64,000 nt of DNA from Deinococcota bacterium (GTDB lineage Bacteria; Deinococcota; Deinococci; Deinococcales; Thermaceae), in the NCBI GenBank assembly GCA_041695225.1, contig JBGFRI010000035.1, positions 73,594 through 137,593 of the forward strand. Reading direction: 5' to 3'. This document shows positions 30,150 to 41,005 of this stretch, piece by piece; position 1 is the stretch's first letter; each line of letters starts with the position of its first letter. The notes beneath the pieces are model-generated. The model saw only the letters and a list, made by a program, of their open reading frames with translations. It was not told the origin of the DNA and did no database searches. Position numbers and translations under genes: made by a program.

Positions 30150-31673
30150 ATGAAGCCTGGGTTCGGTCGTATAAGCCTGTTGTGTTTACTGGTCTTGTGG
30201 GTCTGGGGAGCTGGTCTGGCCCAAACCTTGCCGCGCGATGTGCGCGAACGCATCATTGCGGCTACGGTGTTTATTACCTACCCGGTGGGCAACAACTCGG
30301 TCAGCACGGGTTCGGGCACCCTGATCAGTCCGCAGGGTTTCATCCTGACCAACTACCATGTGATCGGCGATCTCGAGAACCGCCGAATTGTCCCGCGCAT
30401 TTTTGTGGGCGTCGTCCGCTTTGTGGATCAGCCCCCCGAGGTGCGTTTTCTGGCCGATGTGGTGGCTGCCGATCCCAATCTCGACCTGGCCCTTCTACGC
30501 ATTACCCGCACCTCGGGCGGTCAGCCCATCGGCAACATGACCTTTCCGGCAGTTCCCATTGGCGATTCCAACAAGCTGATTGTGGGCGACCCCATCTATG
30601 TCTTTGGATTTCAGGGGACTGGAGGCAATACCATTACCTTCTCGAGTGGGGCTGTGGGGGGGTTTACCGGCGAAGATATGGAGAGCGGCGGCAAGCAGTG
30701 GATCAAGCACGATGCCCAGACCGGCCCTGGCAACTCGGGTGGCGGCATTTACAACCAGGACGGTGAGTTAATCGGCATCCACACCCGTGGGGTGTCGGGG
30801 CAGGGGAACTCCCGCACTGCTTTCATGCGCCCCTCCGCGCTGGCCTGGGGTCTGGTTGGCCCCAACGTGGCGGGGCTGGTGAACCGTGCGCCTGCAGCCA
30901 GCACCCCCCAGCCACAGCCTGCCGCTACAACTGCCTGGCCCCCCGCCATCCATACCGGCCAGACCTGGCAGGTGCGGGTTCAGGGCGGCCAGTGGACAGG
31001 GGAGTGGTCGGTGGTGGTGGGGCAGAAGGATGCCGATGGCGATTTTGTGGCAACCGCCAGCCTGGGCAGCCGTCGAACCGAGGCCCTGTTTTTCCAGCAG
31101 GACAACATCGTGCGCCTGAATATTGGCGACAGCTATCCCCTGGCCCGTTGCCGATTCGACCCGCAAAACGCGAGCGGGGCCATCCAGGGCAAGCTTTTTG
31201 TCTTCAAAGATGCCAACGCCGATGCCGAGGAAGTTGGAACCTGTGTGGCCAGCCAGCGGGGGGCTCAGGCCGTGCAGCCCCAGCAGCCCCAGCAGCCCCA
31301 GGCCGCAGCCTGGCCTCCCCGGCTGGCCGTGGGGCAGCGCTGGCAGCTTGCCGTGACCGGCCCAGACCTCGAGGATGCCGGAACCATCACCCTCTCCGAG
31401 CGTGACAGCGATGGCGACCCCAAGGGAACCGTACTGTTCAAGGAAAATTTCTCGATGGTGGCCTACTTCTACTTGAGCCGCAGCGGAGCCGCTTTCCTGG
31501 ACATGACCGTCCCCAGCGGAGCCGATAGCCACCGTGCCTGGTGGCGCTGCCGCTTCGAGCAGCAAAATACCGCTACCCTCAAGGGAACCCTCCAGACCTT
31601 CAAGACCGACTCCAGCGGCCAGATCAGCGACCTCAAGGAAGTGGGGGCCTGTACGGCCACACTAAACAGGTAG
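30150..31673 (+). CDS. exported trypsin-like (S1C) serine protease with two C-terminal repeats
   Basis: GSG, LTNYHV, DLAL and GNSGG triad motifs; no PDZ domain seen. Confidence 0.88.
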   Translation: MKPGFGRISLLCLLVLWVWGAGLAQTLPRDVRERIIAATVFITYPVGNNSVSTGSGTLISPQGFILTNYHVIGDLENRRIVPRIFVGVVRFVDQPPEVRFLADVVAADPNLDLALLRITRTSGGQPIGNMTFPAVPIGDSNKLIVGDPIYVFGFQGTGGNTITFSSGAVGGFTGEDMESGGKQWIKHDAQTGPGNSGGGIYNQDGELIGIHTRGVSGQGNSRTAFMRPSALAWGLVGPNVAGLVNRAPAASTPQPQPAATTAWPPAIHTGQTWQVRVQGGQWTGEWSVVVGQKDADGDFVATASLGSRRTEALFFQQDNIVRLNIGDSYPLARCRFDPQNASGAIQGKLFVFKDANADAEEVGTCVASQRGAQAVQPQQPQQPQAAAWPPRLAVGQRWQLAVTGPDLEDAGTITLSERDSDGDPKGTVLFKENFSMVAYFYLSRSGAAFLDMTVPSGADSHRAWWRCRFEQQNTATLKGTLQTFKTDSSGQISDLKEVGACTATLNR

Positions 31674-31952
31674 AGGTCAGGCGACCGGGTTTTTGTGCCC
31701 GTACACACCCCGTTGGGAGTGTCGCCAGCACGGGTCTCATGTCGGCCCGAGACCGGCATACGTTGCGCCTCCGCGAAGATTACCGGCTTTCAGCCTTTTG
31801 CTTTCGCCTGCACCAGGGGTCGTGGAGAGTACAAAAATCTTGTTGCCTGGTGAGTGGTGGGCAAAAAAAATCCTCATGGAGGAGAGGATACCTCCGCTTT
31901 ACCCCCGCTCTCATGCCCATCTGCTCTCCTTAGGCTCCGGTATGCTTTGGGC

Positions 31953-33098
31953 ATGAAGGTCATCACGATTGTGCTGGACTCGGTGGGGCTGGGCTACCTG
32001 CCCGACGCCGCGCAGTTTGGCGACGAAGGGGCCGATACCCTCGACCACACCGTGCTCAAGACCGGAATTGAGCTGCCCCATCTGGCTGCGCTCGGGCTGG
32101 GCCACGTGCCGGGGGTACACACGGTTCCTCAGGTAGCGCAGCCCAAAGGTGCTTTTGGGCGAATGGTGGAGGTCAACCCCGGCAAAGATACCTCCACCGG
32201 CCACTGGGAGTTTGTGGGCATCCAGCTCGAGAACGCGTTTCGGGTTTTTCCACAGGGTTATCCACAGGACTTCCTGGCCAGGTATTGTGAACGCATCGGA
32301 GTGGGGGGATACCTGCTCAACCTGCCCTATTCGGGCACCGATGCCATCCGCGACTATGGTGACGAACACCTTCGCACCGGCTTTCCCATTGTCTATACCT
32401 CGGCGGACTCGGTTTTTCAGATAGCGGCGCACGTCGGCAAGATTCCCCTAAAGACCCTCTACGACTGGTGCAGGGTCGCAAGGGAGATGCTGGTGGGGCC
32501 GCTGGCCTGTGCGCGGGTGATTGCCCGACCCTTCGAGGGCGAGCCGGGGAACTTCTACCGCCGCGACGATCTGCGCCACGATTATGCGCTGGAGCCGCCC
32601 CACAACGTTCTGGATGTGATCAAAGCAGGAGGATTGGAGGTGGTGGGGGTGGGCAAAATTCCCGACATCTACGCCCACCGGGGCTTCACCCGCGAGGTGG
32701 GGTCGGGCGACAACCCCCAGGGTATGGAGCGCACCCTGGAACTGATGCGCGAGAACTTCTCCGGTCTGATCTTCACCAACCTGGTGGACTTCGACGCCAA
32801 GTTCGGTCACCGTCGCAACTCCCTGGGATATGCCCAGGCACTGATAGACTTCGATGCGCGACTACCCGAATTCCTGGTTGCACTCGGCCCGGACGACTAC
32901 CTGTTCATCGTCTCCGACCATGGCAACGACCCCACCTGGCGAGGCACCGACCACACCCGCGAGTACGGGATGTTGCTGGTAGCGGGGCCGGGGATGGCCG
33001 GAAAAGACCTGGGAACCCGCCCAACCTTTGCCGATCTGGCTGCGAGCTGGGCCAGGTTGTTTGAGTTACAGTGGGATGGAGCTGGGGTTTCAATCTGA
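31953..33098 (+). CDS. deoB: phosphopentomutase
   Basis: [30 protein letters not shown] and DHTRE. Confidence 0.95.
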   Translation: MKVITIVLDSVGLGYLPDAAQFGDEGADTLDHTVLKTGIELPHLAALGLGHVPGVHTVPQVAQPKGAFGRMVEVNPGKDTSTGHWEFVGIQLENAFRVFPQGYPQDFLARYCERIGVGGYLLNLPYSGTDAIRDYGDEHLRTGFPIVYTSADSVFQIAAHVGKIPLKTLYDWCRVAREMLVGPLACARVIARPFEGEPGNFYRRDDLRHDYALEPPHNVLDVIKAGGLEVVGVGKIPDIYAHRGFTREVGSGDNPQGMERTLELMRENFSGLIFTNLVDFDAKFGHRRNSLGYAQALIDFDARLPEFLVALGPDDYLFIVSDHGNDPTWRGTDHTREYGMLLVAGPGMAGKDLGTRPTFADLAASWARLFELQWDGAGVSI

Positions 33099-34250
33099 GG
33101 CACGTGCCCGGACTACCCGGTAGTTGGCAAGTGAAAAAGCCAGATAGCTCACCACCCCTGCCAGCAACGCCGCTACCGCAAAGCTGGCTCGAACTGTGCC
33201 CACCTCGGCTACTGCGCCCAGCAGCACCGGCCCTACCAGCCCGCCGATGGTGCTCATGGTAGAGATGCTGGCCATGGCCGCTGCCGGGGATATGCCAGGG
33301 GTCTGGGAGGCCGCAGCGAACATGAGTGGATATAGGGTGGCCATACCCAGGCCCATACAGGCGATACCGAAGTACATGCCCCCTACCGTGCCCGAGACCA
33401 CCGCTACCCCCAGCCCGAAGCCACCCAGCAGTGCGCCATAGCGCACCACCCGCACCGCCCCGAACTGCCGCACCAGCCAGTCGCCGCTGGAACGCCCCAC
33501 CAGCATCACCGCCTGGTGCACCGCGAAACCCAGCGCAGCCAGCGATTCCGGTGCCCCCAGGCTGCGCAGGTAGACCCCGCTCCAACTGGCAATCGAGCCA
33601 TCGCTGATGGCGGTGCAAAAGCCCATCAGACCCAGCAACAGCAGTGAGCCGCTGGGTAGCACGAAGGTTTGCCGGGTGGGAGAGGGCGAGGCCGCCAACA
33701 GCCACCCACCGGCCCGCCAGGCCAGGCCGGCCCCCAGTCCGCCGATCAGCAAAAAGTGCCAGAAGGGGGAGAGCCCCAGCCCGGCCAGCCCCGCACCCGC
33801 CAGAGAACCTGCCAGCGCCCCCGCGCTCCACAGCGCGTGGAAGGAAGAGAAGATGGGCTTGCCATAGTTGGTTTCCAGGGCCGCCGCCTGGGTGTTCATG
33901 CCAATGTTGAGGGTGTTAAGCAGAAAACCGTACAGCACCAGACCGGCAAACAGCCACGCCGGAGAGAGTAGTAATCCCAGTACCGGCAAGGAGAGCGATA
34001 CAGCCATTCCGAAGATACGGGCCACCCGGCGGCTGCCCCACCACGCCACCGAGGTTCCAGCGGTCAGACCTCCCAGCAGCGCCCCCAGCATGTTGCCCAG
34101 CAACACCAGCCCCAGTACTGCTGCGCTCATCTCGAGGCGCTCTTTCTCGGCAGGGATGCGCGAAATCCAGGTCGCGGCCACAAACCCGTGCAGAATGAAG
34201 AAACCGGAGATTGCAATTCGCGTTTGCAGGAGGGTAGCGGCAGGCGACAT
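33090..34250 (-). CDS. MFS transporter
   Basis: About 12 TM segments; W.SRIP, N.QA..LE and FHALWS.G. Confidence 0.88.
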   Translation of the reverse strand: MSPAATLLQTRIAISGFFILHGFVAATWISRIPAEKERLEMSAAVLGLVLLGNMLGALLGGLTAGTSVAWWGSRRVARIFGMAVSLSLPVLGLLLSPAWLFAGLVLYGFLLNTLNIGMNTQAAALETNYGKPIFSSFHALWSAGALAGSLAGAGLAGLGLSPFWHFLLIGGLGAGLAWRAGGWLLAASPSPTRQTFVLPSGSLLLLGLMGFCTAISDGSIASWSGVYLRSLGAPESLAALGFAVHQAVMLVGRSSGDWLVRQFGAVRVVRYGALLGGFGLGVAVVSGTVGGMYFGIACMGLGMATLYPLMFAAASQTPGISPAAAMASISTMSTIGGLVGPVLLGAVAEVGTVRASFAVAALLAGVVSYLAFSLANYRVVRARASD

Positions 34251-34448
34251 GCAACGCTGAGTATACGCCTGCAAGCGCAGGGCTTTAGCCAGAAATGCCT
34301 GGGTGGGCCAACAAAGTATCCAAAGGTTGACCTGCCAGAACCTGCCTGACCTGCTCGAGGCGTGGATGGTGTTGACTTCAATTCGGGCTGGCCAGTTCCA
34401 CGTCCACGCCGGGGGGTTGGCAAGGTTGGCTGCCAGCGCCAGACCAGT

Positions 34449-35840
34449 TCATCCATTCCCCCTTACTTGCTCCCAGGTGTACCGCTTCAAAATCTCGCCG
34501 TTCTCGAAGACGGTGTGCAGGACGCTCTGGGGGTGCGGGGTGTATTCACCGGCCTCGAGGTCGACCGTGCGGATGCCACGCTCGTCGCGGATCACGTCCA
34601 GGCGGCCTTTCTTGCTGGCCTTGCCCATGTCGTCTGTGGGGCTCTTGCTCACGCCATAGGTCAGACCCCCTACCGTGACCAGGTGCAGTTTCTGGGCGAA
34701 CTTCTGGGTGTCGCGGTGGGGGTGCTGCAAGAGCGCACCACCCATGCCAAAAGCCACATTAGAGGCGCTGTAGCCCCACTGCTCCAACAGGAACAGAATT
34801 TTGCGAATGCTAGCAGCGTTGATGCCGTCGCCCTGGATGACCCGCACACCATTCAAAACCTTGAAACCTTTTGTGTTGACCGTCGCTCCGAATTTGGCTT
34901 CCAGAGTCTGCACCGTACGCAGTACCACAAAGGGTGGGTCGCCGGAGTCGGGACGGATGACCGGGGTTGCACCCGAGGATACGATCAAGTCCCTCAGCTC
35001 CTCGCCAATGATCTGGCTCACCGCGTGCTCGCGGTTGTAAGAGTCAATCACCATTGCAAACAGCGCACCCGACTTGCCGAAAGTCTCGATCATTTGCCGG
35101 TAAGCGTGGGCCTCGCCCGCACGGCCAAAGCTGGTCACGGTGGAGTGCTCCATGGCGGGAATGGAGTAGCCCGCCATTTCCGCCCCGTAATAGTTGCGAG
35201 CGTAGATGAGCGCAGTTACCGTATCAGTGCCCATGAAATTGACCAGGTGGGCCATCCCGCCCAGGCCCGCGCTCTCCTGGCTGCTCACCCCCCGCGCCCC
35301 AAAGTCGTGCAGCTTGAAGGGCAGTTCGGCCTCGGGATCGTCGGCAGTTTTTTCCAGCGCTGCACGGATGATCTGCCTGATCTCCCACGATACGGTGCAG
35401 ACTGTGGTGGGATACCAGACCGCCCGCAACAACGCGGTCTCCATCCAGCCTGGTAGCCAGGGCAGTTCGGGGTCGGTGCTTTCGATGACTACCAGCGGAG
35501 TATGGACAGGAATCACGGCTCCTTCTGGAACCGCACGGATACGCACCGGCAGCCTGCCCCCGAGGTCTCTGGCAACATGCATCCAGCGCTCATAGGGGAA
35601 GGGTAGGCCGTGGGCTGAAAAAACACTCCCGGCCTCTTCCACGTCGGCTATGCTTACCCCCCGGGATAGGTATTCCATCAAGAAGGCTTGTAGACCGAAG
35701 AAGCGCACAAAGTTGGAGTCGCCGCCCCGGCTCTCGATGTACCAGCTCCCGAAGGTCATACCCTGGGGAAACTGGGCAAAGTGGCTGGCTTTGTAGCTAT
35801 CGGTATTGAGGATCAGGTTGTGGGGGTTGAGGGGTTTCAT
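34449..35840 (-). CDS. nadV: nicotinamide phosphoribosyltransferase
   Basis: TDSYK.SH, LHDFGARG, GTDT, SIPA.EHS, IRPDSGDP, QGDG and FGMGG. Confidence 0.92.
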   Translation of the reverse strand: MKPLNPHNLILNTDSYKASHFAQFPQGMTFGSWYIESRGGDSNFVRFFGLQAFLMEYLSRGVSIADVEEAGSVFSAHGLPFPYERWMHVARDLGGRLPVRIRAVPEGAVIPVHTPLVVIESTDPELPWLPGWMETALLRAVWYPTTVCTVSWEIRQIIRAALEKTADDPEAELPFKLHDFGARGVSSQESAGLGGMAHLVNFMGTDTVTALIYARNYYGAEMAGYSIPAMEHSTVTSFGRAGEAHAYRQMIETFGKSGALFAMVIDSYNREHAVSQIIGEELRDLIVSSGATPVIRPDSGDPPFVVLRTVQTLEAKFGATVNTKGFKVLNGVRVIQGDGINAASIRKILFLLEQWGYSASNVAFGMGGALLQHPHRDTQKFAQKLHLVTVGGLTYGVSKSPTDDMGKASKKGRLDVIRDERGIRTVDLEAGEYTPHPQSVLHTVFENGEILKRYTWEQVRGNG

Positions 35841-35937
35841 GGACGTTCCTTTCGCCAGAAGTTTGAGAACCAGGTGGGACAGCTGCTTGCCGTTAGCCTC
35901 CGACTTTTCTACTTCGGCCCTCGAGCCTCGACCTCGC

Positions 35938-37014
35938 TTACAAATGCCGTTCCACGAACCAGCGAATTTCCTGGTAGTGATCTTCGAAGAAACGGGCCTG
36001 GTGCCGGGGCAGTTCACTGAGGGAGAGCCAGAAGGCTCTGGAGGCGTCGTCCTGACCATGAACGGGGGGGGGCGGGGTGTCGTCCAGATCGAAGTAGTGG
36101 CCGTGGCTGATGACCCTGCCGCGCAGGCTACGGCCAGGGTAGTCAAAGGCTTTGGTGGCCTTGAGCAGCGGGGGTTGCAGTTGTAAGCCGGTTTCTTCCT
36201 GCAGTTCGCGTAGAGCAGACTCCAGCAGGGTCTCCTTCAACTCCACATAACCGCCCGGCAGCGCCCAGGCCCCTTTGCTGAGCGACCCACCCCGCTCGAC
36301 CAGAAGCACCTGCCCCTGGGCCAGCACCATGGCATCGGTAGCGACGTGCACGATGGGATAGGGGTAGCGCTGATCGAGCCAGCGGAAGTGCTCGAGCGTT
36401 TTCCACTCTGCTTGGAGACGGCTGAATTCAGAGGTGGTGGCGAAATGCTCCATGAACCGTCGCACGGCTTCTGGGACCATCGTTTTCCACTCGTTTCCGC
36501 CAGCAAAATAGCTATTCCGCACGTCTGTGGCGTTGAGTTTGCTCACCACCCCGCTGGGCTCGAAGGGCCAGTTGCCGAAGCCATGCAGGTAGTAGCTGCT
36601 CTGGTCCTTGTCGAAGCCGGTGATGCAGATATCGGCGTCTTTGCCCGCGATCGCTTCGACCGCGGAGCGTACCGAACGAAACCAGCGAGGGTCGTCGTAA
36701 AAGTCGTCCGGGATGGGCACGAAGTGGAGTCGAGGGTCTTGCGTTGAGGGTGGAGCGTCGAGAAACGGGTGGGAGGAGAGGCGGCCCGGGTCTTTTTCTC
36801 CCCTGTCCCCCCGCCTGCCGGCTCCTCCGCGCAGACTTTCCCGGATCATCGCCTCGAGCTGTTCGGCACTGAAAGGGTTTTTGGGGGTGGGATAGCAGAG
36901 GGCGCTGCCAATCACCACAACCAGCTGTTCGAAGCGGGCCAACGCGCGGGTCATGGTCTCGAGGTGGGCCAGGTGGGGGGGTTGAAAACGCCCAATGAAT
37001 ACTGCGGTCTTCAT
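35938..37014 (-). CDS. nadM: bifunctional NMN adenylyltransferase / ADP-ribose Nudix hydrolase
   Basis: GRFQPPH.AH, KNPF, KD.SSYYL and NATD.R; Nudix box GG.V...E....A.REL.EETG. Confidence 0.92.
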   Translation of the reverse strand: MKTAVFIGRFQPPHLAHLETMTRALARFEQLVVVIGSALCYPTPKNPFSAEQLEAMIRESLRGGAGRRGDRGEKDPGRLSSHPFLDAPPSTQDPRLHFVPIPDDFYDDPRWFRSVRSAVEAIAGKDADICITGFDKDQSSYYLHGFGNWPFEPSGVVSKLNATDVRNSYFAGGNEWKTMVPEAVRRFMEHFATTSEFSRLQAEWKTLEHFRWLDQRYPYPIVHVATDAMVLAQGQVLLVERGGSLSKGAWALPGGYVELKETLLESALRELQEETGLQLQPPLLKATKAFDYPGRSLRGRVISHGHYFDLDDTPPPPVHGQDDASRAFWLSLSELPRHQARFFEDHYQEIRWFVERHL

Positions 37015-37775
37015 ACTTCCCTCCGAAATCGGTATAGCTCGGCTGGCCGGAACCCGGTTCCGCTCTCGAGTTCCCCGGTGGCCTCCAGCAACCCCGAGGC
37101 CAGCACCTTGCGCCGGAAGGAGTCTTTGTTGAGCTTTTTCTGCAGTACGGTCTCGTGTACGGCCTGCAATTGGCGCAGCGTAAAGCGCCCAGGCAGCAAC
37201 TCGAAGCCGATGGGGGTGTACTCGAGTTTGCCCCGGATGCGCTTGATCGCGACCCCCAGAATCTCGGCATGGTCGAAAGCCAGCGAATACTTTTTATGCC
37301 TTCCGTCAAAAATTTCCACCCCACCCTCTCCCTGGGGGATGCGCAGCTTGAAAAGTGCCCTTTCATCGGGGATTTCTCGAATGTGACTGGCTTCTACCAG
37401 CGCGTAGCTGGCCACGCTGATGGTGCGCATACGGGGATCGCGCTGGGGATTGCCAAACGTGTAGAGCTGCTCCAGGTAGATCGGGTGATGGCGGGTTTCA
37501 TCTCTTCCCGCACTTCCCACCACTCCTTCCAGCCCGGCTTTTTGTCGCAGAACCCGTGCGGCGGCTTCGTCCAGCGATTCGTGCATTTGTACAAAACCAC
37601 CCGGCAGGCTCCAGTAGTTGAGGAAAGGGTGCTCCTTGCGCTTGACCAGCAGGGCTTCCAGAAGCCCTTCTCGTAGGGTCAGGATGACCACATCCACCGT
37701 TACCGAGAGCCGATCAAACCCTGTAACATCGTGGCCATCCAGGCCGTGCTGTTCTTCGTTGTTGCGCTTGATCAT
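37011..37775 (-). CDS. nrtR: Nudix-related transcriptional regulator
   Basis: WSLPGGF, EQLYTF...RDPR, LAFDH and C-terminal wHTH (FTL..L...E..L...L...FRRK, RPA.LY). Confidence 0.9.
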   Translation of the reverse strand: MIKRNNEEQHGLDGHDVTGFDRLSVTVDVVILTLREGLLEALLVKRKEHPFLNYWSLPGGFVQMHESLDEAAARVLRQKAGLEGVVGSAGRDETRHHPIYLEQLYTFGNPQRDPRMRTISVASYALVEASHIREIPDERALFKLRIPQGEGGVEIFDGRHKKYSLAFDHAEILGVAIKRIRGKLEYTPIGFELLPGRFTLRQLQAVHETVLQKKLNKDSFRRKVLASGLLEATGELESGTGFRPAELYRFRREV

Positions 37776-37796
37776 CCCCGGTTCTACCCCAGTATC

Positions 37797-37837
37797 TTAT
37801 ATGCAAAGAGCATATATGCAAAATAGAGATAAGTCAA
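37797..37837 (-). promoter_or_regulatory. nrtR operon promoter with overlapping palindromic operator
   Basis: Minus strand TTGACT-17-TATGCT; 21-bp palindrome TTATATGC-N5-GCATATAT (37797-37817) covers the -10/+1 region. Confidence 0.65.
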
Positions 37838-38063
37838 GAAGCTACCATTCAACCGGTGGAGGGGTTACCATAAATGCAGAATGCACACAAATTCTGTGAC
37901 GCTTGATCGTTTTGATTGGGCAGATATGTTGATTTTCGCCAGTTTATGGTAATGTGTTGACTTAAGCGGCCGACCGCGAGGACGTTGACTCTCGAGTAGT
38001 TAGATGCAATGAGCAGCTAAGTTGCGGAGGGAAACGATCGGACACCGCTCCCACGGAGGCAAT

Positions 38064-40214
38064 GTGAACCACGAATTTGATGTAATCTCGGCAGCCCGCA
38101 ACTGGCGGTTCAAGGATGTACGCAAGGTTTCCAGCGACATTGCAGGCGAGGTATTTGCCAGCGATGTGCTGGATATAGATGAACTGCGCGAGCTGGTTTC
38201 CAGGCCGGTCTGGAAGTCGCTCCAGGCCACCATGGATAAAGGCACCCCGCTCGACCCCAGTATCGCCGATACGGTCGCGCTGGCCATGAAGAAATGGGCG
38301 TTGGAGAAAGGGGCCACCCACTACACCCACTGGTTTCATCCCCTCACTGGCTTTACCGCTGAGAAACACGATAGCTTTTACTCGCCGGTCTCTGAAGGGA
38401 AAGTCATTGCCTCTTTCACCGGAAAAGAACTGATCCAGGCCGAACCCGATGCCTCTTCGTTTCCCTCGGGGGGTCTGCGGGCCACTTTCGAGGCGCGGGG
38501 ATACACTGCCTGGGATCCCACCTCGCCGGCCTTCATCATGTGGCACTCCAACGGTGCGACCCTGTGTATTCCCACGGCCTTTGCCAGTTGGACCGGCGAG
38601 GCCCTCGACCTCAAAACCCCCCTGCTGCGCTCCATCGAAGCCCTCGACAGGAGTGTCCAGCGTGCCCTCAAACACTTTGCGGTAGATGCAGAAAAGGTTT
38701 TCTCCACTCTGGGAGCTGAACAGGAGTACTTCCTGATTGACGAGGAGTTTTACTACCGACGCCCCGATCTGGTCATGACGGGTCGTACCCTGTTTGGGGC
38801 CAGGCCGCCGCGCGGACAGGAACTCGAGGACCACTACTTCGGCTCCATCCCCGACCGGGTATTGTCCTTCATGACCGATGCGGAAAACCAGCTCTATGCG
38901 CTCGGGGTTCCGGTCAAGACCCGCCACAATGAGGTAGCCCCGGGTCAGTTCGAAATCGCGCCCATTTTTGAGCCATCGAACATCGCTGCTGACCACCAGC
39001 AGCTCATCATGCAGATCCTGCGCAACACCGCCCGCCGCTATGGCCTGGTCGCTCTGCTGCATGAGAAGCCCTTTGCGGGCATCAACGGTTCCGGCAAGCA
39101 CTGCAACTGGAGTATGGCTACCGATACCGGTATCAACCTGCTCGAGCCCGGCGATACCCCCCACGACAACCTGCAATTCCTGTTCTTCTGCGCCGCGGTG
39201 ATCAAGGCCGTGGACACGCACCAGGACTTGCTGCGCATCAGCGTATCGGGAGCTTCCAACGATCACCGTCTGGGTGCAAACGAAGCACCTCCGGCGATTA
39301 TGTCAATTTTCCTGGGAGACCAGCTCACCGATATCTTTGATCGGCTATCCAACGGAAAAGGCGGTTCGGGTAAGAAGGCGGGAACCCTCGAGCTCGGCAC
39401 CCCGGTTCTGCCCCCACTGCCCAAGCACGCTGGCGACCGCAACCGCACCTCGCCTTTTGCCTTCACCGGTAACAAGTTTGAGTTCCGTGCGGTGGGCAGT
39501 AGCCAGAGCATCTCCTTCCCCATCACCGTACTCAACACCATCGTGGCCGATGCGGTGGACGCCCTGATGGACTCGGTTGAAGCCAGGATGAAGAAGAAGA
39601 TGCGTTTTGAGCAGGCTGCCCTCGAGACCATCAAGGAGACCTACGCCAAACACAAGCGCATCGTTTTCAATGGCGACGGCTACTCGGCAGCCTGGCACAA
39701 GGAGGCCGCCAAGCGCGGGCTGTTGAACCTTCGCACGGCCATGGATGCCATTGAACACTTTACCGACGAGAAAAACACCAGGCTCTTTGGCCGTCTGGGG
39801 GTGCTCAACGAGCGCGAGATTCACGCCCGCCAGGAGATCATGTACGACATCTACTTTAAGCAGGTCAACATTGAAGGCGAGACCACCGAGTGGATTGCCC
39901 AGACCCAGATTCTGCCCGGCGCCCTGGGCTACCTGGCTGAACTCTCGGAGATCGAAGTGAAGTCCCGTGCTGCCGAACGCACCATCCAGCAGGTCGTGGA
40001 AGCCACCGATGCCCTTTCCGATGCCCTGGAGAAGCTCAAGGCACAAAACGCCGAACTGGGGGGTGACGAGGTGCACGAAAAAGCCCACCATATGCGCGAT
40101 AACGTGCTGCCCGCAATGACCGAGGTACGCAAGGCAGCCGATGTGCTCGAGCGCGTCCTGGCCGATTCCTACTGGCCCTTGCCCAGCTACCGGGAGATGC
40201 TCTTCATCAAGTGA
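38064..40214 (+). CDS. glnN: glutamine synthetase type III
   Basis: THWFHPLT...[37 protein letters not shown] and [18 protein letters not shown]. Confidence 0.95.
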   Translation: MNHEFDVISAARNWRFKDVRKVSSDIAGEVFASDVLDIDELRELVSRPVWKSLQATMDKGTPLDPSIADTVALAMKKWALEKGATHYTHWFHPLTGFTAEKHDSFYSPVSEGKVIASFTGKELIQAEPDASSFPSGGLRATFEARGYTAWDPTSPAFIMWHSNGATLCIPTAFASWTGEALDLKTPLLRSIEALDRSVQRALKHFAVDAEKVFSTLGAEQEYFLIDEEFYYRRPDLVMTGRTLFGARPPRGQELEDHYFGSIPDRVLSFMTDAENQLYALGVPVKTRHNEVAPGQFEIAPIFEPSNIAADHQQLIMQILRNTARRYGLVALLHEKPFAGINGSGKHCNWSMATDTGINLLEPGDTPHDNLQFLFFCAAVIKAVDTHQDLLRISVSGASNDHRLGANEAPPAIMSIFLGDQLTDIFDRLSNGKGGSGKKAGTLELGTPVLPPLPKHAGDRNRTSPFAFTGNKFEFRAVGSSQSISFPITVLNTIVADAVDALMDSVEARMKKKMRFEQAALETIKETYAKHKRIVFNGDGYSAAWHKEAAKRGLLNLRTAMDAIEHFTDEKNTRLFGRLGVLNEREIHARQEIMYDIYFKQVNIEGETTEWIAQTQILPGALGYLAELSEIEVKSRAAERTIQQVVEATDALSDALEKLKAQNAELGGDEVHEKAHHMRDNVLPAMTEVRKAADVLERVLADSYWPLPSYREMLFIK

Positions 40215-40238
40215 AAACCTGCTGCGCCTGCCTTATAT

Positions 40239-40268
40239 CACCTCCCACCCCGGGGGGTGTTTTTGTTT
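40239..40268 (+). terminator. intrinsic terminator after glnN
   Basis: CACCTCCC/GGGGGGTG stem followed by TTTTTGTTT. Confidence 0.7.
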
Positions 40269-40460
40269 GGCCAAACCGCTGCCCAACCTGCCACTGCCGC
40301 GTTGTGTTTCGGAGCCGAAAGCGACCGGGCGAAGCCGGAAACCGGCTTTAATTGCGTTTATGGGGGACTTTTCGCGCCCCCTGCGCACAAGGGGGCGCTG
40401 GTTACAGGCCAATACGTTATAATCATATTCGTAAGTCAAGTTATGCAGGAGGAAGCAGGT

Positions 40461-40979
40461 ATGAAGGATTCGGTTTTAGAGGCCCTGCTGGACTCGTATG
40501 GGCGCAACAACACCATCTTGCTCAACCTGCTCGGGGCTTTGCCGGAAGGGGGGATGGATGCGAAGGCCATGGAAGGAAGCCCGTCCGTCTCGGTGCAGTT
40601 TTCACACCTTCACCAGACCCGGCTGTTCTGGCTTTCCCAGACCGCCCCAGAGTTTGCGGAGGGTCTGTCCCCGCTTTTCGGCAAGGACGGCCAGGACGGG
40701 CGGGCCGAGCCTGACCCAGAGCGCATCGAACAAGCCCTGAACCAGAGTGCGAGTGCGGTCTGCGAGGCGGTGAAGGCCCGGCTGCACACCGGCCGGGCCA
40801 TGAAAGGCAAGAACGCTGCCTACGACCACCCCATCCTGTTGCTCCAGCACCTGCTCTGGCATGAGGGCTATCATGTCGGGCAGATCAAGCTGGCCCTCAA
40901 GGCGGTGGGCCACACGATGAGCGAGGAGACCGAGGAAAAGGCCATTTGGGGTCTGTGGCGAACCGAAACCTGGGCGTAA
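40461..40979 (+). CDS. DinB family protein
   Basis: H...R..W and HEGYH.GQ metal-binding pattern. Confidence 0.85.
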   Translation: MKDSVLEALLDSYGRNNTILLNLLGALPEGGMDAKAMEGSPSVSVQFSHLHQTRLFWLSQTAPEFAEGLSPLFGKDGQDGRAEPDPERIEQALNQSASAVCEAVKARLHTGRAMKGKNAAYDHPILLLQHLLWHEGYHVGQIKLALKAVGHTMSEETEEKAIWGLWRTETWA

Positions 40980-41005
40980 GGTTGGGTCCCCACCAACGGA
41001 GAAAT

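Noticed and set aside
31674..31940. Possible ncRNA or small ORF between the protease and deoB
   Set aside because: Only scattered short stems and no credible ORF; deoB has its own leaderless promoter
34362..35456. Long antisense ORFs (also 37962-39266, 48183-49106, 32905-33831)
   Set aside because: Shadows of well-supported genes in high-GC DNA
34449..37014. Phage-type NAD reconstitution (anti-defence) pathway
   Set aside because: NrtR-controlled chromosomal operon with no phage genes nearby; ordinary salvage is the simpler reading
40290..40398. Cluster of short hairpins after the glnN terminator
   Set aside because: No second copy in the window and no recognisable RNA family; may be REP-like but is unsupported
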